A DNA stretch of 64,000 nt from positions 52,314,449 to 52,378,448 of the forward strand of contig JARDVH010000097.1 of assembly GCA_030324005.1 (NCBI GenBank), written 5' to 3'. Both the position numbers and the translations under genes were made by a program. Source of the DNA: Negaprion brevirostris. Its lineage: Eukaryota. Within the stretch, counting starts at the first letter, position 1. Every line of letters starts with the position of its first letter. The notes beneath the pieces were generated by a model. That model saw only the letters and a program-made list of their open reading frames with translations. It was not told the origin of the DNA and ran no database searches. This document shows, in pieces, positions 37,551-50,251 of this stretch.

Positions 37551-38184
37551 AAATTAAATTGGGGAGTAAAATTCTTCCAGGCTTCATGTTGGTTTTGCTG
37601 AAGGCACCGCTCTCAGCCACACCATCCTCAAGTACAGGTTAAAACTGGGGCTTCAGTATTAGCATTGGAGCAGCCAATTGGGGATAGTCACTGTTGTGAT
37701 GGTGTGGAGCCAAGAAGGTTTAGAGAATGAAAGACCATTCCTGTGGTGAATTCAGTCATTGTGAACTTTTGTTTATTTAATTCACAAATCATTAAATTCC
37801 ATTTTGTCCATTCTACTGATTGGAGTAAACGTTATTCCACATGTAGCTTTCCACATGCCAGAACCCACAATCTAGTGGAGATGTTAATCATATTTGTGGG
37901 AGTTAAATAAGCTCCTCCAGCCTTACTTTCTGTAATAATGTAACAGTGAATGTGCAAGTGATACATTGTGACTTTCACTAGTGCTCACTTGAATATTGAT
38001 CTTAATAACTTGTTTCCTTTTCTCCACAGCAATGCTAGCAGTGTTTACTTTTTAACATTAAAGCAAAGTACTGGAAATCTGAAGTAAAACCTGAAAAATC
38101 TGGAAATACTCACCAGGGCTGATGGCATGTGTGGAGCAAACACAACGTTTCAGGCCTGTGTGAGCACTGTCGCCAAATACACTG

Positions 38185-38396
38185 ATGTGAAGATGCCGGT
38201 GTTGGAGTGGGGTGAACGCAGTAAGAAGTCTCACAACACCAGGTTAAAGTCCAACAGATTTATTTGGTAGCAAAGGCCACTAGCTTTTGGGGCTCTGCCC
38301 CTTCGACAGAATTTTGGGTCAGAGTCCCGAAGGCTAGTGGCGTTCGCTAGCAAAAAACCTGTTGGATTTTAACTTGGTGTTGTGAAACTTCTTACT
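38185..38396. mobile_element. Fold-back PLE-terminus insertion nested in an older PLE-derived repeat (38060-38445)
   Basis: Inverted arms agtaagaagtctcacaacaccaggttaaagtccaacag / ctgttggattttaacttggtgttgtgaaacttcttact; 12-bp direct repeat ccaaata(c/t)actg. Confidence 0.8.
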
Positions 38397-39249
38397 CCAA
38401 ATATACTGTCAGAACAGTTATTTCCAGCATTTTCTGTTTTCGTTTTATTTTTTAACATATCGCTTTTAAACGATCTCTTTTTCTGAAAGTCCTCCTAATG
38501 GAGTACAATTTCTTAAACGCTGCCCAACTCCTCTGTGCAGGGTTGACGTTTCAAACCGTTCATGGTCAAGGGTTGAAGCCCTACTCAGTTCCTAATCTGN
38601 NNNNNNTCAAGTGATGAGGCTCACGGTAGTGAGGAGACCAGGGCAATGGACAATCGAAAGGTTACACTTTTCGGTTATATGGGATATTGGCAAAGGCTCA
38701 TGTCTAGAACCCATCTATCATGTAAAAAGAAATCCACTGTGTGAAGGGGTTGGGGGGGGGGGGGGATGTCGTTGTCCTTTACATCCATCTGTGAAACGCT
38801 TTCGGCTTTTGCTTACAGTAAAGATGTTGTATTCAGGGGGCAGACTGTCGGAGTACAATAAAGTGGGGATTTACACTTTCTGGTAAAACGAGCTAGGAGA
38901 GCATTTAACCGCAAACGTGGAAGATGCTGTCGTTGGTAGGTTGAAAGCCTTTTAGTTTAGTGATTATGGAAACATTTGGAGGCATGTAACAACAGGTCTT
39001 CGAGATTCAATTCTTGGAAAAGCAATGCGGATCGAATTGATCCGTAAGAACTCATTGGGAAAAGAACATCAAACCAAATGATTAGTTTCAATAACCGTTG
39101 GCTTTGGAACAAAGTGTGTTTAAAAAAAAGCTGAAATAAATCAATGAGGGATTGAAAAAGGACTTGATGAGATTCTTATTAACTCGGAGACAAACCATTG
39201 TAGCTCCATTGTCTAATTGCTGTTTCACTATTTTAGGAATGCTTATTTA

Positions 39250-39476
39250 CCCGAATTGGTTCCGGGATCAGGCATTGGGTGGGGAATCCAGCTCAGAATC
39301 CACTTCATTTTTCGCATGCGACCTCTCCTGTTTGGGTGTGTGTGTCAGAGGAATTCTGTGCTAATTAGTCTGTAGGGTGGAGACTGTAGTTTGGTCGGAA
39401 CTTGCTTAGAGCACTCAGTTTTTTTTGCTTAAACACCCTCTTGACAAACTCAACGTTGCACGCTGCTATTGAGAAG
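39250..39476 (+). promoter_or_regulatory. Candidate alternative promoter and non-coding first exon of the plus-strand gene (possibly SYTL2)
   Basis: Lies in repeat-free, CpG-retaining DNA (~38.46-39.9 kb); two ATTGG boxes and GGGTGGGG at 39255-39285; donor AAG|GTAAAT at 39476/39477. Confidence 0.45.
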
Positions 39477-40159
39477 GTAAATGTTTAACGTAGGAACCAG
39501 CTTAAAAGTTTCTTGCTGTATTATCTGTAGCAAGCTTTTTCTGACGAGTTTGTATTGTGAATCAAACTGTGCTTGTTCATGGAAAGTGGTAATGCTGATC
39601 GTGTTGGGGGCAAGTTAGCACGCACTTATAGGCTTGTGGATTAACATTGACAGGAGCAACATATTGTGAAAACTAGTTTTTGACTAACTTGCTTGAAAGT
39701 CACAATACATGTAAACATACAAATTACAGTCGAAATGCGCAGAAGTTAATAGTATGTTTCATACAGGAAACGGGAGAATTGACACTAAAATAGTACGCTC
39801 TGCGTTTAGAAAGGATTGCCCTTTTGTAAAGGCATGGTGTGTCAACTTTATAAGTACTTCTCTAAATCTCACATCGGCTGTGCGTAAATTAGAATTATTG
39901 GCTGTGAAGCTAAATCATTTGTAATTTTTTTTGAAAGTGAAACTGTTTCATTGTTAGGGTAAGCTGTAAGGCGATTTTAACCATTCTTATCTGTTTCAAA
40001 ACAATTTTAAATTTCAAAAGGTGCGTAATGTGGGTAACTTTTTAAACTGAAGTCCTTTCTGTCTCTTCAGTTGGGTGTTAAATATCTCCTGGCTATATTT
40101 GAAAGCTATTAGGAAGTTCTCCAGATATCCTTACCTTGACCAATACCACCAAAAAGATG

Positions 40160-41030
40160 TTGGAACTTTTTAAATTTGTTGTTTGAGTTGTACATTGTTG
40201 GTAATCCTAATTACCTTGAAAATGGTGGTGAACCGCTACAGTCCATCTGGTCTAGTCACCCACGGTGCTGTTAGAATGGAAGTTCCAGGCTTTTTGACCA
40301 AGTGACAAGTGGAGGAATGACAATATAACTTGTTCAGATTGTATGTGATGGTGTTCCCAGGTGCCTGCTAACCTTGCTTGTGTAGAGGTTGTAGGTTTGG
40401 AAGGTGCTGTTGAAAGTGGCTTGGCAAGTATGGCAGTGTATCTTGAAGATGGCATATAGTGCTGCCACTGTGCAGGTGGTGGAGGAAATGAATGTTGTAA
40501 TTGGTAGGTAGGGTCTGATCACATAGACTACTTTGCCCTGGCTTGTATTAGAGCTGCATTGATCCAATTGAAGTGCTGAGTGTTCCACTACATCCTTAAA
40601 TGGTGCCTTTGTAGATGATTGGCTAGCTTTGAAGTATCCGGAAATGAGTTGCTTACTGCAGAATTCCCAACCACTGACCAATTTTTGGCAAGCCACTGTA
40701 TTTATGTGATCCAGTTTCTGGTCAGTGGTAAGGGGAGATGGTTATTGTCAGCCACTTGTGTGATGTGAATGTTGAAAATTCCTGATTGCAGTTTTGGTCT
40801 CTTTACCAAGGAAAAACACATTTGCCATTGAAGGGATTGCAATGTGGAATGAGGGGATTGCCCTGTGAGGGACTGAGTAATTTAGGCTTGTAGTCTTTAA
40901 ATTTGAGGTGATCTCACTGAAGCATACAAAGCTTTTAAGGAACCTGATGGTGGATACTTCCCCTGGTTGGTGTCCAGTACTAGAGATCAGTGTTTGAATA
41001 AGGTGTCAGCCAGTTAAAACTGAGATGCTC
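40160..41030. mobile_element. Decayed LINE pieces: minus-strand 3' end of the 56293 family (40160-40760) and plus-strand CR1 (40790-41030)
   Basis: gcagtgtatcttgaagatgg and ccactgtatttatgtg match 58700-59000 in reverse; gaggtgatctcactgaagcatacaaa is CR1 GDLIEAYK-like. Confidence 0.6.
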
Positions 41031-43137
41031 ACATTTGAGGGTAATCCTGGTGAATAAACATGTATGTTTTTACAGTGCTATGGTTATGTTTGGAAGTTAT
41101 TATCTTGGTTTTACTGGAAGCATTGTAGTAATGTAAAGTTGGCTGTCCTCTGTGGACCTTACTTGACACTTTTTTTTTGAAAATTTAAACTTGGATGACA
41201 AGAACAAATAAATCAAGAATTGTAACTTGCATCTTTAAATTCGGGTTTTAAAATTCTGTAGATTGTGAAATTGTGTGCTTTGAATTCTGAAATTGCTGTT
41301 CACTGAAACTACTAGGAGCTTTCAATCTGGCATTCCAATCACATGCATTGTTGACAGGATGACTAATGCCTTTTGCAGTACACTGACTCAGAAGCTAGAG
41401 TGAAAATTAAATTTGCAACTGTTCTGAGTTGTGCAAAACAAATCGAGCTTTAACCAAATTGCCAAATCCTTCTGTTAAGAGCCCCTTGATGTTAGATGCA
41501 AGGATATTCCAAAACCTGGAAGAACAACCTGGAATACCAGTTCTTAAGTTTTTTTTTCCATTTGGTATAGAATGAGGACAGATAATGTAAACCAGTCAGG
41601 AAAAAGGTTCAGTATTGTTGTAACTTCTCAAAAGCAAGTTTATTAACAGGTAAAACACACAACAAGGAAAGCCATAATACAAAACAAAGATACACCTAAC
41701 TATAACAGTGACTACACACACAATATATTCTGGAATTAACTCCATTCCCCATCCAGCTATGTCCTGAACTCTTGAGAAATGTCTCTTGTCTCAAAATAAT
41801 TATCCTATACAATAGCAGCTAAATCCAGCAAATAGTTACAACCGTCAATTGTCTTTACATTTAGGAGATCTCTTTCGGTTCAATGTAGTTTTTCTGAGGT
41901 TTTCAAATCAGCAGCTTTAAAATTCTGCTTTGCAGCTGGATGCTACTGTGATAACTGCTTCTGTCCTTTCTCCTTTCTGCGCAGCTGCTGATATAGCATT
42001 TTTCCATTTTGATGTCTTTGATTTAAACGAACTGCTTTGGAAGCCAGGTTTTTACACATTCATGTGAACTTTATCCTCATGTCTCCATTTTGAACTACCC
42101 TCTTCTGCAACTTTAACACTTAAAATTCTACATTTCTATTGATCCCCACTTCATGTAAGTAGTTATCCGTTTACCTTGCTTCTCAGCTAATTTGTATATC
42201 AAATCCCTTCAGGTAGCTGCACTGTACAATTCCTATTTCATCCCATTCTTCAAACTTTATTTCATCCAAACTTCTTTAATCTTTATATCCCTTTCTTAAA
42301 TATTTTTTTCAAGCTCTTGACACTAGTTTCAGAAGAAACAAGCCATCCAGATTTGAAACTTGGTTCAAAGGCTCACAGGTTGCAAAATTTATATGTTTTT
42401 ATTAGGATCAATTGAATTATATGAAAGGTATTAAGTTTAAATGTTAACCATTTAAAGAATGTTTGGATTAAACCATTGATGTTTATCTATGGTAGGATGT
42501 TATGGATTTAATGATTTCAGTTAACCTAATTTTCAAACTTTCTTAAGTATACTGCCCATCCTATGCCAAGCACTTCTACTTCATTGTGCACACTTTGCAA
42601 TACATGTAAAGCAAACACATTGAAGTAAGAAACATAAGATTTTTCAGTACTGAAATTAAGACCTTGCCAAGGTGGAATATGTAAATACAAAGCCATTTTG
42701 TTGCCAAGAGCTCAACTATTTCTAATTTTGTGATGGCAAGCCTTGACTGCGATCTAGAACCTGTTGAATTAGGATCATGGCATGATTTGGTGATATTCTG
42801 CAGCAAAAGTGGAGATGTTTCATTGTTCAACTGACTCATGTTACCTCAAGCACAAGTGTTCACAGAATACACAGAGCAGAGTGACTTTCTGTGGGCTGGG
42901 CTGTCTTGCTAGATTCTCTATCTGAAATCATAGAATATTTGTACATGCACGTGCTGCTAGATGTAACACAAAAATAAATAATTGGATCAGTAGGGTGGCA
43001 GCAATTGAATGTTGCTTATCTCAAAATAAATATAATTATTCTCTGTAATCTCTTCACAGCAGCCATAATAATGAATTAGGAATGGAATAGATTGTCACTT
43101 CCTTCCTTCCAATTTTCCAATCATTCTTGTACAGAAA

Positions 43138-44069
43138 TATCATAGAGCCCTACAGTGAAGAAAGAATCCCTTCCATCCCATCGAGTCTGCACCAACCACA
43201 ATCCCACTCAGGCCCTACCCCCATATCCCTACATATTTTACCTGCTAATCCCTCTAACCTACACATCTCAGGACTCTAAGGGGCAATTTTTAGCACGACC
43301 AATCAACCTAACCCACACATCTTTGGATTGTGGGAGGAAACTGGAGTGCCCAGAGGAAACCCACGCAGACACGGGGAGAATGTGCAAACTCCACACAGAC
43401 AGTGACCCAAGCTGGGAATCGAACCCGGGNNNNNNNNNNNNNNNNNNNNNNNNNNNNNNNNNNNNNNNNNNNNNNNNNNNNNNNNNNNNNNNNNNNNNNN
43501 NNNNNNNNNNNNNNNNNNNNNNNNNNNNNNNNNNNNNNNNNNNNNNNNNNNNNNNNNNNNNNNNNNNNNNNNNNNNNNNNNNNNNNNNNNNNNNNNNNNN
43601 NNNNNNNNNNNNNNNNNNNNNNNNNNNNNNNNNNNNNNNNNNNNNNNNNNNNNNNNNNNNNNNNNNNNNNNNNNNNNNNNNNNNNNNNNNNNNNNNNNNN
43701 NNNNNNNNNNNNNNNNNNNNNNNNNNNNNNNNNNNNNNNNNNNNNNNNNNNNNNNNNNNNNNNNNNNNNNNNNNNNNNNNNNNNNNNNNNNNNNNNNNNN
43801 NNNNNNNNNNNNNNNNNNNNNNNNNNNNNNNNNNNNNNNNNNNNNNNNNNNNNNNNNNNNNNNNNNNNNNNNNNNNNNNNNNNNNNNNNNNATCCATCCG
43901 CTAATCCTTCTAACCTACACATCTCAGGACACTAAGGGGCAATTTTAACATGGCCAATCAACTTAACCTGCACATCTTTGGACTATGGGAGGAAACTGGA
44001 GCACTCGGGGGAAACCCACGCAGACATGAGGAGAATGTGCAAACTTCACACAGACAGTGACCCAAGCCA
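43138..44069 (-). mobile_element. Two HE1-like SINE segments flanking a gap (43138-43429; 43895-44069)
   Basis: Both collinear with 464-789. Confidence 0.85.
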
Positions 44070-44294
44070 GGAAATATTTGAGTTCCTTGGCATATTCATG
44101 TTTAGGCATTATGCCATCATGCCTTTTATAAGTGGCACTGTTATCAGATGCACATTTTTGTAGCCCTGTCCAGTAAATAGCTACTTCTTTGCTAAGAAGA
44201 TGCAAATTCTTAAATTCTCATGGTAGCTGTGATGGAACATGTTTGAAATTCAAGGAAATTTAATTAATGCAGGGGAAGAAAACATTGAACTTCA

Positions 44295-44488
44295 AAGCTG
44301 TGCAGGTTATGTGTATTGATCATGTTAAATTGCCCCTTTTGTGTCCTAAGATTTGTAGATTAGGCAGATTAATGGGGTTATGGGGATAGAGTGAGGGATA
44401 GGCCTGGATAAGATGCTCTGTCAGAGAGTTGGCACATACTTGATTGGCCAAATGGCATCATTCTGCATTGTAGGGATTTTCTGATTCT
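44295..44488 (+). mobile_element. HE1-like SINE 3' half
   Basis: gtgcaggtta..attgatcatgttaaattgcccc...ctgcattgtagggatt. Confidence 0.75.
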
Positions 44489-45478
44489 TAGCGTTGCAGG
44501 TAGATGAACAGAGGGGGCCCCCTTGAAGGCATGTACGATACTTGGAGTAGAAAAGCTTACTATGTTCGATTTGAAGATGAAATTATGGTTGTAGGAAAGG
44601 AGGCAAAGTTACATATCAGTAAAACATTATTTAAAGACTGGAAACAGGAGTGCTTATACAAGATAAGATTAGGGAGGCAAAATCTGAATTACTTACAGCA
44701 GTTGCATGCTGTGATGGGGAGACCATTTTTTTCTATAAAAGGATAACCTGGGTGGACTGAATGGCCTGCAGGCTATCCTCCCAACTTGTGCGCAAGCTCT
44801 TCAATTTTTCAAAAGATCTACATGTCATTTACCCTTTGGTAACACCATCAGTAGGCAAAAGGCATTTTCTAATTTGTGTTGATGACCCTTTGCTTCCCTT
44901 GACCTACACTTCCTGTGTTTAATCAGACTGTTAGTAGTTTGAGACCATATTTTTCAGCTGAACAGTGGAAAGATTGTGGTCCTTGCCATAAGTTTGATTG
45001 TCTTGTTGACTCGATCCCTTTTTCTGATCAGCTAAATCAGACCATAATTGATCTTGGGAATCCTTTCAATCTAACCAAGTTACCAACCACATATCACCAA
45101 ATTGGCTGCTTTCAGTACTGCTGCATTATCTGCCTCTGATCTCCATCATCACTTAGCCCAAACTCTCATCTGTGGTTTACTTGTCTAACAGTTAAATTTT
45201 TATGTCCTTTGTTTTTTGGTCTTCCACTTTCTATAAATGTTAATGTCCAAAATTCAGGCATTCATATCCTGATCAAAACTATTTCATTTACCCATTACTT
45301 TCTTTGATCCTAATTGATCTACTCTGGCTCACTTTAATTGCTGAACTCCCTCCCGTGTTTGAATGTGTAATTCTATTCTCCGAATCTCCCCAGCTTACCC
45401 GTGTGATTTCCTCCCAAACTTGCATCTTCTCCCATACCTTAACTCTAATGTGCCTTGCCTTCTCTGGCAAAGCATGAC

Positions 45479-45588
45479 AGAACTGTCCACTCACCTGATG
45501 AAGGAACAGTGTTCTGAAAGCTTGTGGGTTTACTATTAAATAAACTTGTTGGACTTTAACCTGGTGTTGTGAGATTTCTTACTGTGTT
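45479..45588 (+). mobile_element. PLE-terminus insertion
   Basis: 10-bp TSD aaagcatgac (45469-45478 and 45589-45598); same sequence as the right arms of 31714 and 38185. Confidence 0.8.
45489..45529 (+). ncRNA. Minimal type I hammerhead ribozyme-like motif
   Basis: actcac-CTGATGA-a-ggaac-agt-gttct-GAAA-gc-TT-gtgggt: core boxes present, 5-bp helix II, 6-bp helix I, palindromic AGCT in place of helix III. Confidence 0.55.
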
Positions 45589-47398
45589 AAAGCATGACTA
45601 TAGGCAATATTGGACCTACAAATGGAAAAAACTGAAGCCTTTGGCCTCTTTCACATTAGACAAATGTTTCCAATTTGGTTTTCTGTGGCAAGAAGGGAAG
45701 AGGTAATCTAGGAGAAGTTTCTGTTTGCACCTGTTGAAAGGCTGAACAACTTTTTCACTTTCTTAGCTGAGGATAGTAACACGGTTTGGAAGAAACTACA
45801 TTAACAAATTAGAGTTGTACCAGTGTTAAATTGCACAACTTTCCAGATGTTGATGTTTGAGGTTTTAATATAAAGCAGTAGTTATTTCTGTATAATACAA
45901 TCTCATTCCTGAAGGAAAGGAAGAACAATTGATGTGTGAATAAATAGTTGAGGAAAGCCAGGAAATTTCTTTACTTCCTTGTAAAATCTTACAAGTTATT
46001 CAAGCATTCCTATCTTTGACTATTTCTCCTTTTGTATATTTTTTTCCCTTTTAATTCATTCTTTTGTGTATTTTTATTTCCATCAGTCCTTTCCAATTTT
46101 GATTGATGTATATGAGGTTAGATCTTGAACACACTGCAGCTAAGAACATTTCCAATGAATCTCTGAACACGTAATGCTTTGAGAAATGTTCTGATGAGAG
46201 ATGGCAATGGCTTATGTAAGCTGATCTGCAGTGCCAGTCATGTGGGGGGTGGGGAAAGCATATTGGGTGTAATTGATTCGTATACAAGAAAACATGCCAG
46301 CTTTTAAAATAAAGCAAAAAAAAAGACAAGCAGCTCGTTAATTTACACAACTTTAATTTTTTCCTCTTGCTGCCTGTAAACAGATATTTTGATTTACTTT
46401 CCTCTTTAAGAAGTGGTGCATCTACCAATCCCTCAATTTTGGTGTGATGCAGTTTTTTATTGATAATCCCACAGCAAACTCTCAATAGGATCCTGAAGGT
46501 TAGTTTATTTACACTGAGAGAAAAGGTTACTACATAGTCCCTATGCACTCATACTGTTAAAGAGTGGTATATAGAGAGATTTGCAGAGCAAAGACTTATT
46601 GTTGCACTGTGTTCAAAATCCAGAATCAAAATTCAATGAAACATTCCTTCTCTCAAGTTGACAGGCTTAAAACTGATGCTGGATAATTCACTTTTCTTTA
46701 CTGTTGACTTCCAGATGAGATGAATCAGTCTTGTAGGCAATGCTTAGAGGTCCCAGTGGGAAACCATCTAGATGAGTCTAGTAATTTGCCTGGGTTGAAT
46801 CCCTTTTCTGTGCTGTTGCTAGGTAGTTGGAAAAATATTACACTGACATGATTTTGTATCGCAAGACAATATTGCAGGTCTCAACAGTTAAAGGTTCATG
46901 TCACATGACTTCCACCTCCTCCACTTTGGGTTTTGGCAAGGGATGTGTATCCCTTTGTCTAGGTCCCTGAGATTGTTAATATTTCAACCATTAAATCTTA
47001 AAGGGAGGTTCACACATTGGGATTTGGACTACGTAGCTTAAACTTTCCTTCCATGGAGAGAGAAAGCAAAGAGTGCAAATTACCTGACTTGCATAAAGTA
47101 TTACACCTTATTTCTGTCAGGGATATAAATTGCATGACATCAGTTCTTTGTAACTGGAGCAATGCAGAGCTTTTGGCATTATTAATTTTTTAATCTTGAT
47201 GCACAATTTATAGCATGGGGCATGCACTTCAGGATAAATTGACCATGTCCTTGGAACATTTTTGGGGGAGTATTGATGAGAGAATGCCGAGGGAGTGTTG
47301 GGAAAACGCTGCAGCAGTCACGTGCATTGGGGGCGGAGCTGGGCCCTCAACATGGTGACCTGGCTGGTGAGCAGGCNNNNNNNNNNNNNNNNNNNNNN

Positions 47399-47570
47399 CC
47401 CTCCACGGCATCCTCCTTCTCTGCAGCCGTGACACTGTCCCTGATCAACAGTGCCACTCCACCACCTCTTTTGCCCTCAACCCTGTCCTTCCTGAAGCAT
47501 CTGAATCCTGGTACCTGAAGTACCCAGTCCTGTCCCTGAGATATCCAATTCTCTGTAATGGCCACCATTA
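47399..47570 (-). mobile_element. CR1 endonuclease fragment
   Basis: VAITENWISQGQDWVLQVPGFRCFRKDRVEGKRGGGVALLIR. Confidence 0.9.
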
Positions 47571-49870
47571 CAGTTGAAGGCAGAGTCCCGGTTAAATTTC
47601 TTTGAAGGCTGATTGACAAGTTTAACCTCAGTAGGAAAGCAGGATGGATCAAGCTTGAAGGAGCACATGGTTATCCCTGGGTCTTGGGATAGGATACTAA
47701 TGTCCATAGCCTATTATTTGCGGTTTCCGTAGTTTCAGGGAGGGTGGGAGCATTTTGGACATTGCCAGGTTTGATGGGATTTAGTTTTATGATGGGAAAA
47801 CTTGTTCTTCCAGGATTTTGCAGCGGCAGTGCCACAAAAACGCAAAACCTTTGTGATCAGGAAGGGTTTGAAGGCTTTTGGAATTCAGTATGTTCTACGC
47901 TAACCAGCTGTCCTGAGGGTCATCCTCAGAGTCCAATAAAATGTCCAACGTGCGCGCTGAGGCTTTGGCTCTTTTAGAATCCATTAAAGGCAATGATTCG
48001 GAATTGCGATTGTATATCCTTGATAATACTGAACTGTACTCCCTGTAATTATTTTCTTGTTTTGATCCTGGACTGTACTTTTTCATATTGGCGGAGACAA
48101 TCCTGTGGACTGAGCCATGAGGTAAATTCTACTACCTATGCTGCTTGGAGTCATATTCTGCAGTTTGACTTTAATTCTTGAACATATTCCCTGGAATTGA
48201 ATCTCTTAATTGATCCTATTGCCTAATTTATCACATTGATCGGAGCGATTCTGAGTGATTATGCTAGTGAATTTTTGCTCGAGTCCAAGGACATTTATTA
48301 TCCTTTAATCTCTGTTATTTCATCTCTTAATTGTCCTTGTTATGACTTATAAGGATGGATAGCAGAAATCCAGTACGATCCTCATATTCTGAGGTGACTT
48401 TTGCTGACCATCCTGTTTAGGGTCATATTTTGCAGTTTTGTCAATCCTTGGTAATGTGTTTTCTTTAATTCCATCTCCTATTTGGCCCTGTTGCATGATC
48501 TGTTGTCACATTGATAGAGGCAGTCCTACGAGTGTACGAGTGAATTTTTGCTTGTTATTCTGGTAGATTGATGCATCTGGGTGCATTCAGTTATCCTTAG
48601 TGGAATTCATCCTACTGTGTACTAGTTCTTCAGTAAGTTGTGTGATATTAGGGCTGTGCGACTGGATGTTTTCCATTTTCTTGCCTTATAACCGTGATGT
48701 ATATATCGTGGTGGATACTTTCACCACACATCCTTTATTTCAGTTATGATAAAAATGAGTAACACCATTGCAGAGAGATGGGCAAATAATTAGTACCTTA
48801 ATATGAAGGTAGTGAGTAGGACCAGAACTTATGAGCTCATGTATTTGTTTTGGGATTAGAGAATCTTTGCATAATTGCCTGTTATGGTACAGAAAGACTA
48901 TACAATCCTGGGAAGAAACGTATAGTCAGTGCCTCCGCTGTGGTTGGGATGGGGAATGTTTTCTTTGTACACGCCCAAGTGTGCCATGAAAATCCAGGGT
49001 AGTTTAACTGCCATTTTACCTGCACTAATTTCCTGTAATTTTTATGATTTGAAGAACAAAGGTTGTAACTGGAATATTTAGGGGATTCATCACCATGTTA
49101 AAAGAAAAAATATTTTTTCTTAGAGGAGAAAGTTGACATAACTCTGTTGCAAGGATCTCATCTGATGATGGGGAGCACCTCAAACTCAAGGGACTGGGTG
49201 GGGCAGGTGTTTTTTTTTCTGTTTGCTTTCTTGACTAGCTGTTGAGGGATATCAATGTGAAAGACAAAGGGGATAGGTATGTAGTTGTCAAGCGACTGTA
49301 TGTGGGGAGAACGTATCAATAATGTTTATGGTACCCCTAACTATTCCCCAGACTCTGTCACCAAGGTCTTTATGGACTTTGCTGAACTGGCCTCCAATTA
49401 TTCATCGATTGGTGGTAACCATGTAATGGAGCTTATCAACTAGCAAGTTATGAGAAACCACCTGACACAGCAAGCTAAGGCATTGGCTTTGGCTTGTGAA
49501 CTGGTGGATTATTTGGATGTGTGGAGAAATTTGCCTCCCAAGGATAAAGAGTTAACTCTTTTTTTCAGCCCTTCATTTGTGTCAAACCAGAATTAACTAT
49601 TTCATGCCAAAGATGATCCTGTATTTTGGTTGCCTCTTGCACTACAGGAGGTATTGTGATTTCTGGCCACGCTGGTATTTTTAGAACTTTGGTTGAGGGG
49701 CTCACCTTGGTCCAGGTCCTGGAGATTTAATGCATCTTTACTTTCCTAATTTGACGCATTTTATTCAGTTAATTCTCATTCTGATGTGAGCCTCTCTATT
49801 CTGTGGAAGACCTGCAAGGCCACATTTAGAGGTTTGGTCGTCTTATTTTTGGATGGAAAGGTTGATGATC
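47571..49870 (+). mobile_element. Decayed L1-clade LINE: ORF1 C-terminal half (~47571-48048), ~1 kb spacer, ORF2 endonuclease (~49060-49870)
   Basis: ORF1-like FQDFAAAVPQKRKTF..GIQYVLR.PAVLRV; EN-like NWNI.GIHHHVKRK..EKVDITLLQ, INNVYG, LDVWR, QTRINYF, IVISGHA, WRFNASLL. Confidence 0.8.
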
Positions 49871-49898
49871 AAAATCATTCTGTACTATTTATGTTTGG

Positions 49899-50251
49899 GG
49901 AGGCAGTGGCATAGTGGTAGTGTAACTGGACTAGTAATTTGAAGACCTAGGATATGCTCTGGGGGCCTGGGTTTGCTTCCCACCATGGCAGTTTGTGAAA
50001 CTTGAATTCAATAAAAATCTGGAATTAAACTTTAATGATGATCATGAAACCATTGTTGACTTGTTGTGAAATCCCATCTGGTTCACTAATATCCATGATG
50101 TGGCGATGCCAGCATTAATGTCCTTCAGGGACTTGTCTGGCCAATGTGACTCTAGATCCATAGCAATGTGGTTCACTCAAAAGGCCCTTGGGGATGGGAA
50201 ATAAATGCTGGTCCAGCCAACGGTGCCCACAACCCCCCAACAAATAAAAAA
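49899..50251 (+). mobile_element. SacSINE1-like Deu-domain tRNA SINE, near full length
   Basis: ggaggcagtggcatagtgg A-box head; cccatctggttcactaat..gtccttcaggg Deu-like body; gggatgggaaataaatgctgg tail shared with the LINE tail at 59225-59305. Confidence 0.8.

Noticed and set aside
46051-46548. 165-aa minus-strand ORF (and the 184-aa ORF at 61528-62082)
   Set aside because: No recognisable domain or exon structure; the second runs through a SINE and the antisense of a Gypsy relic
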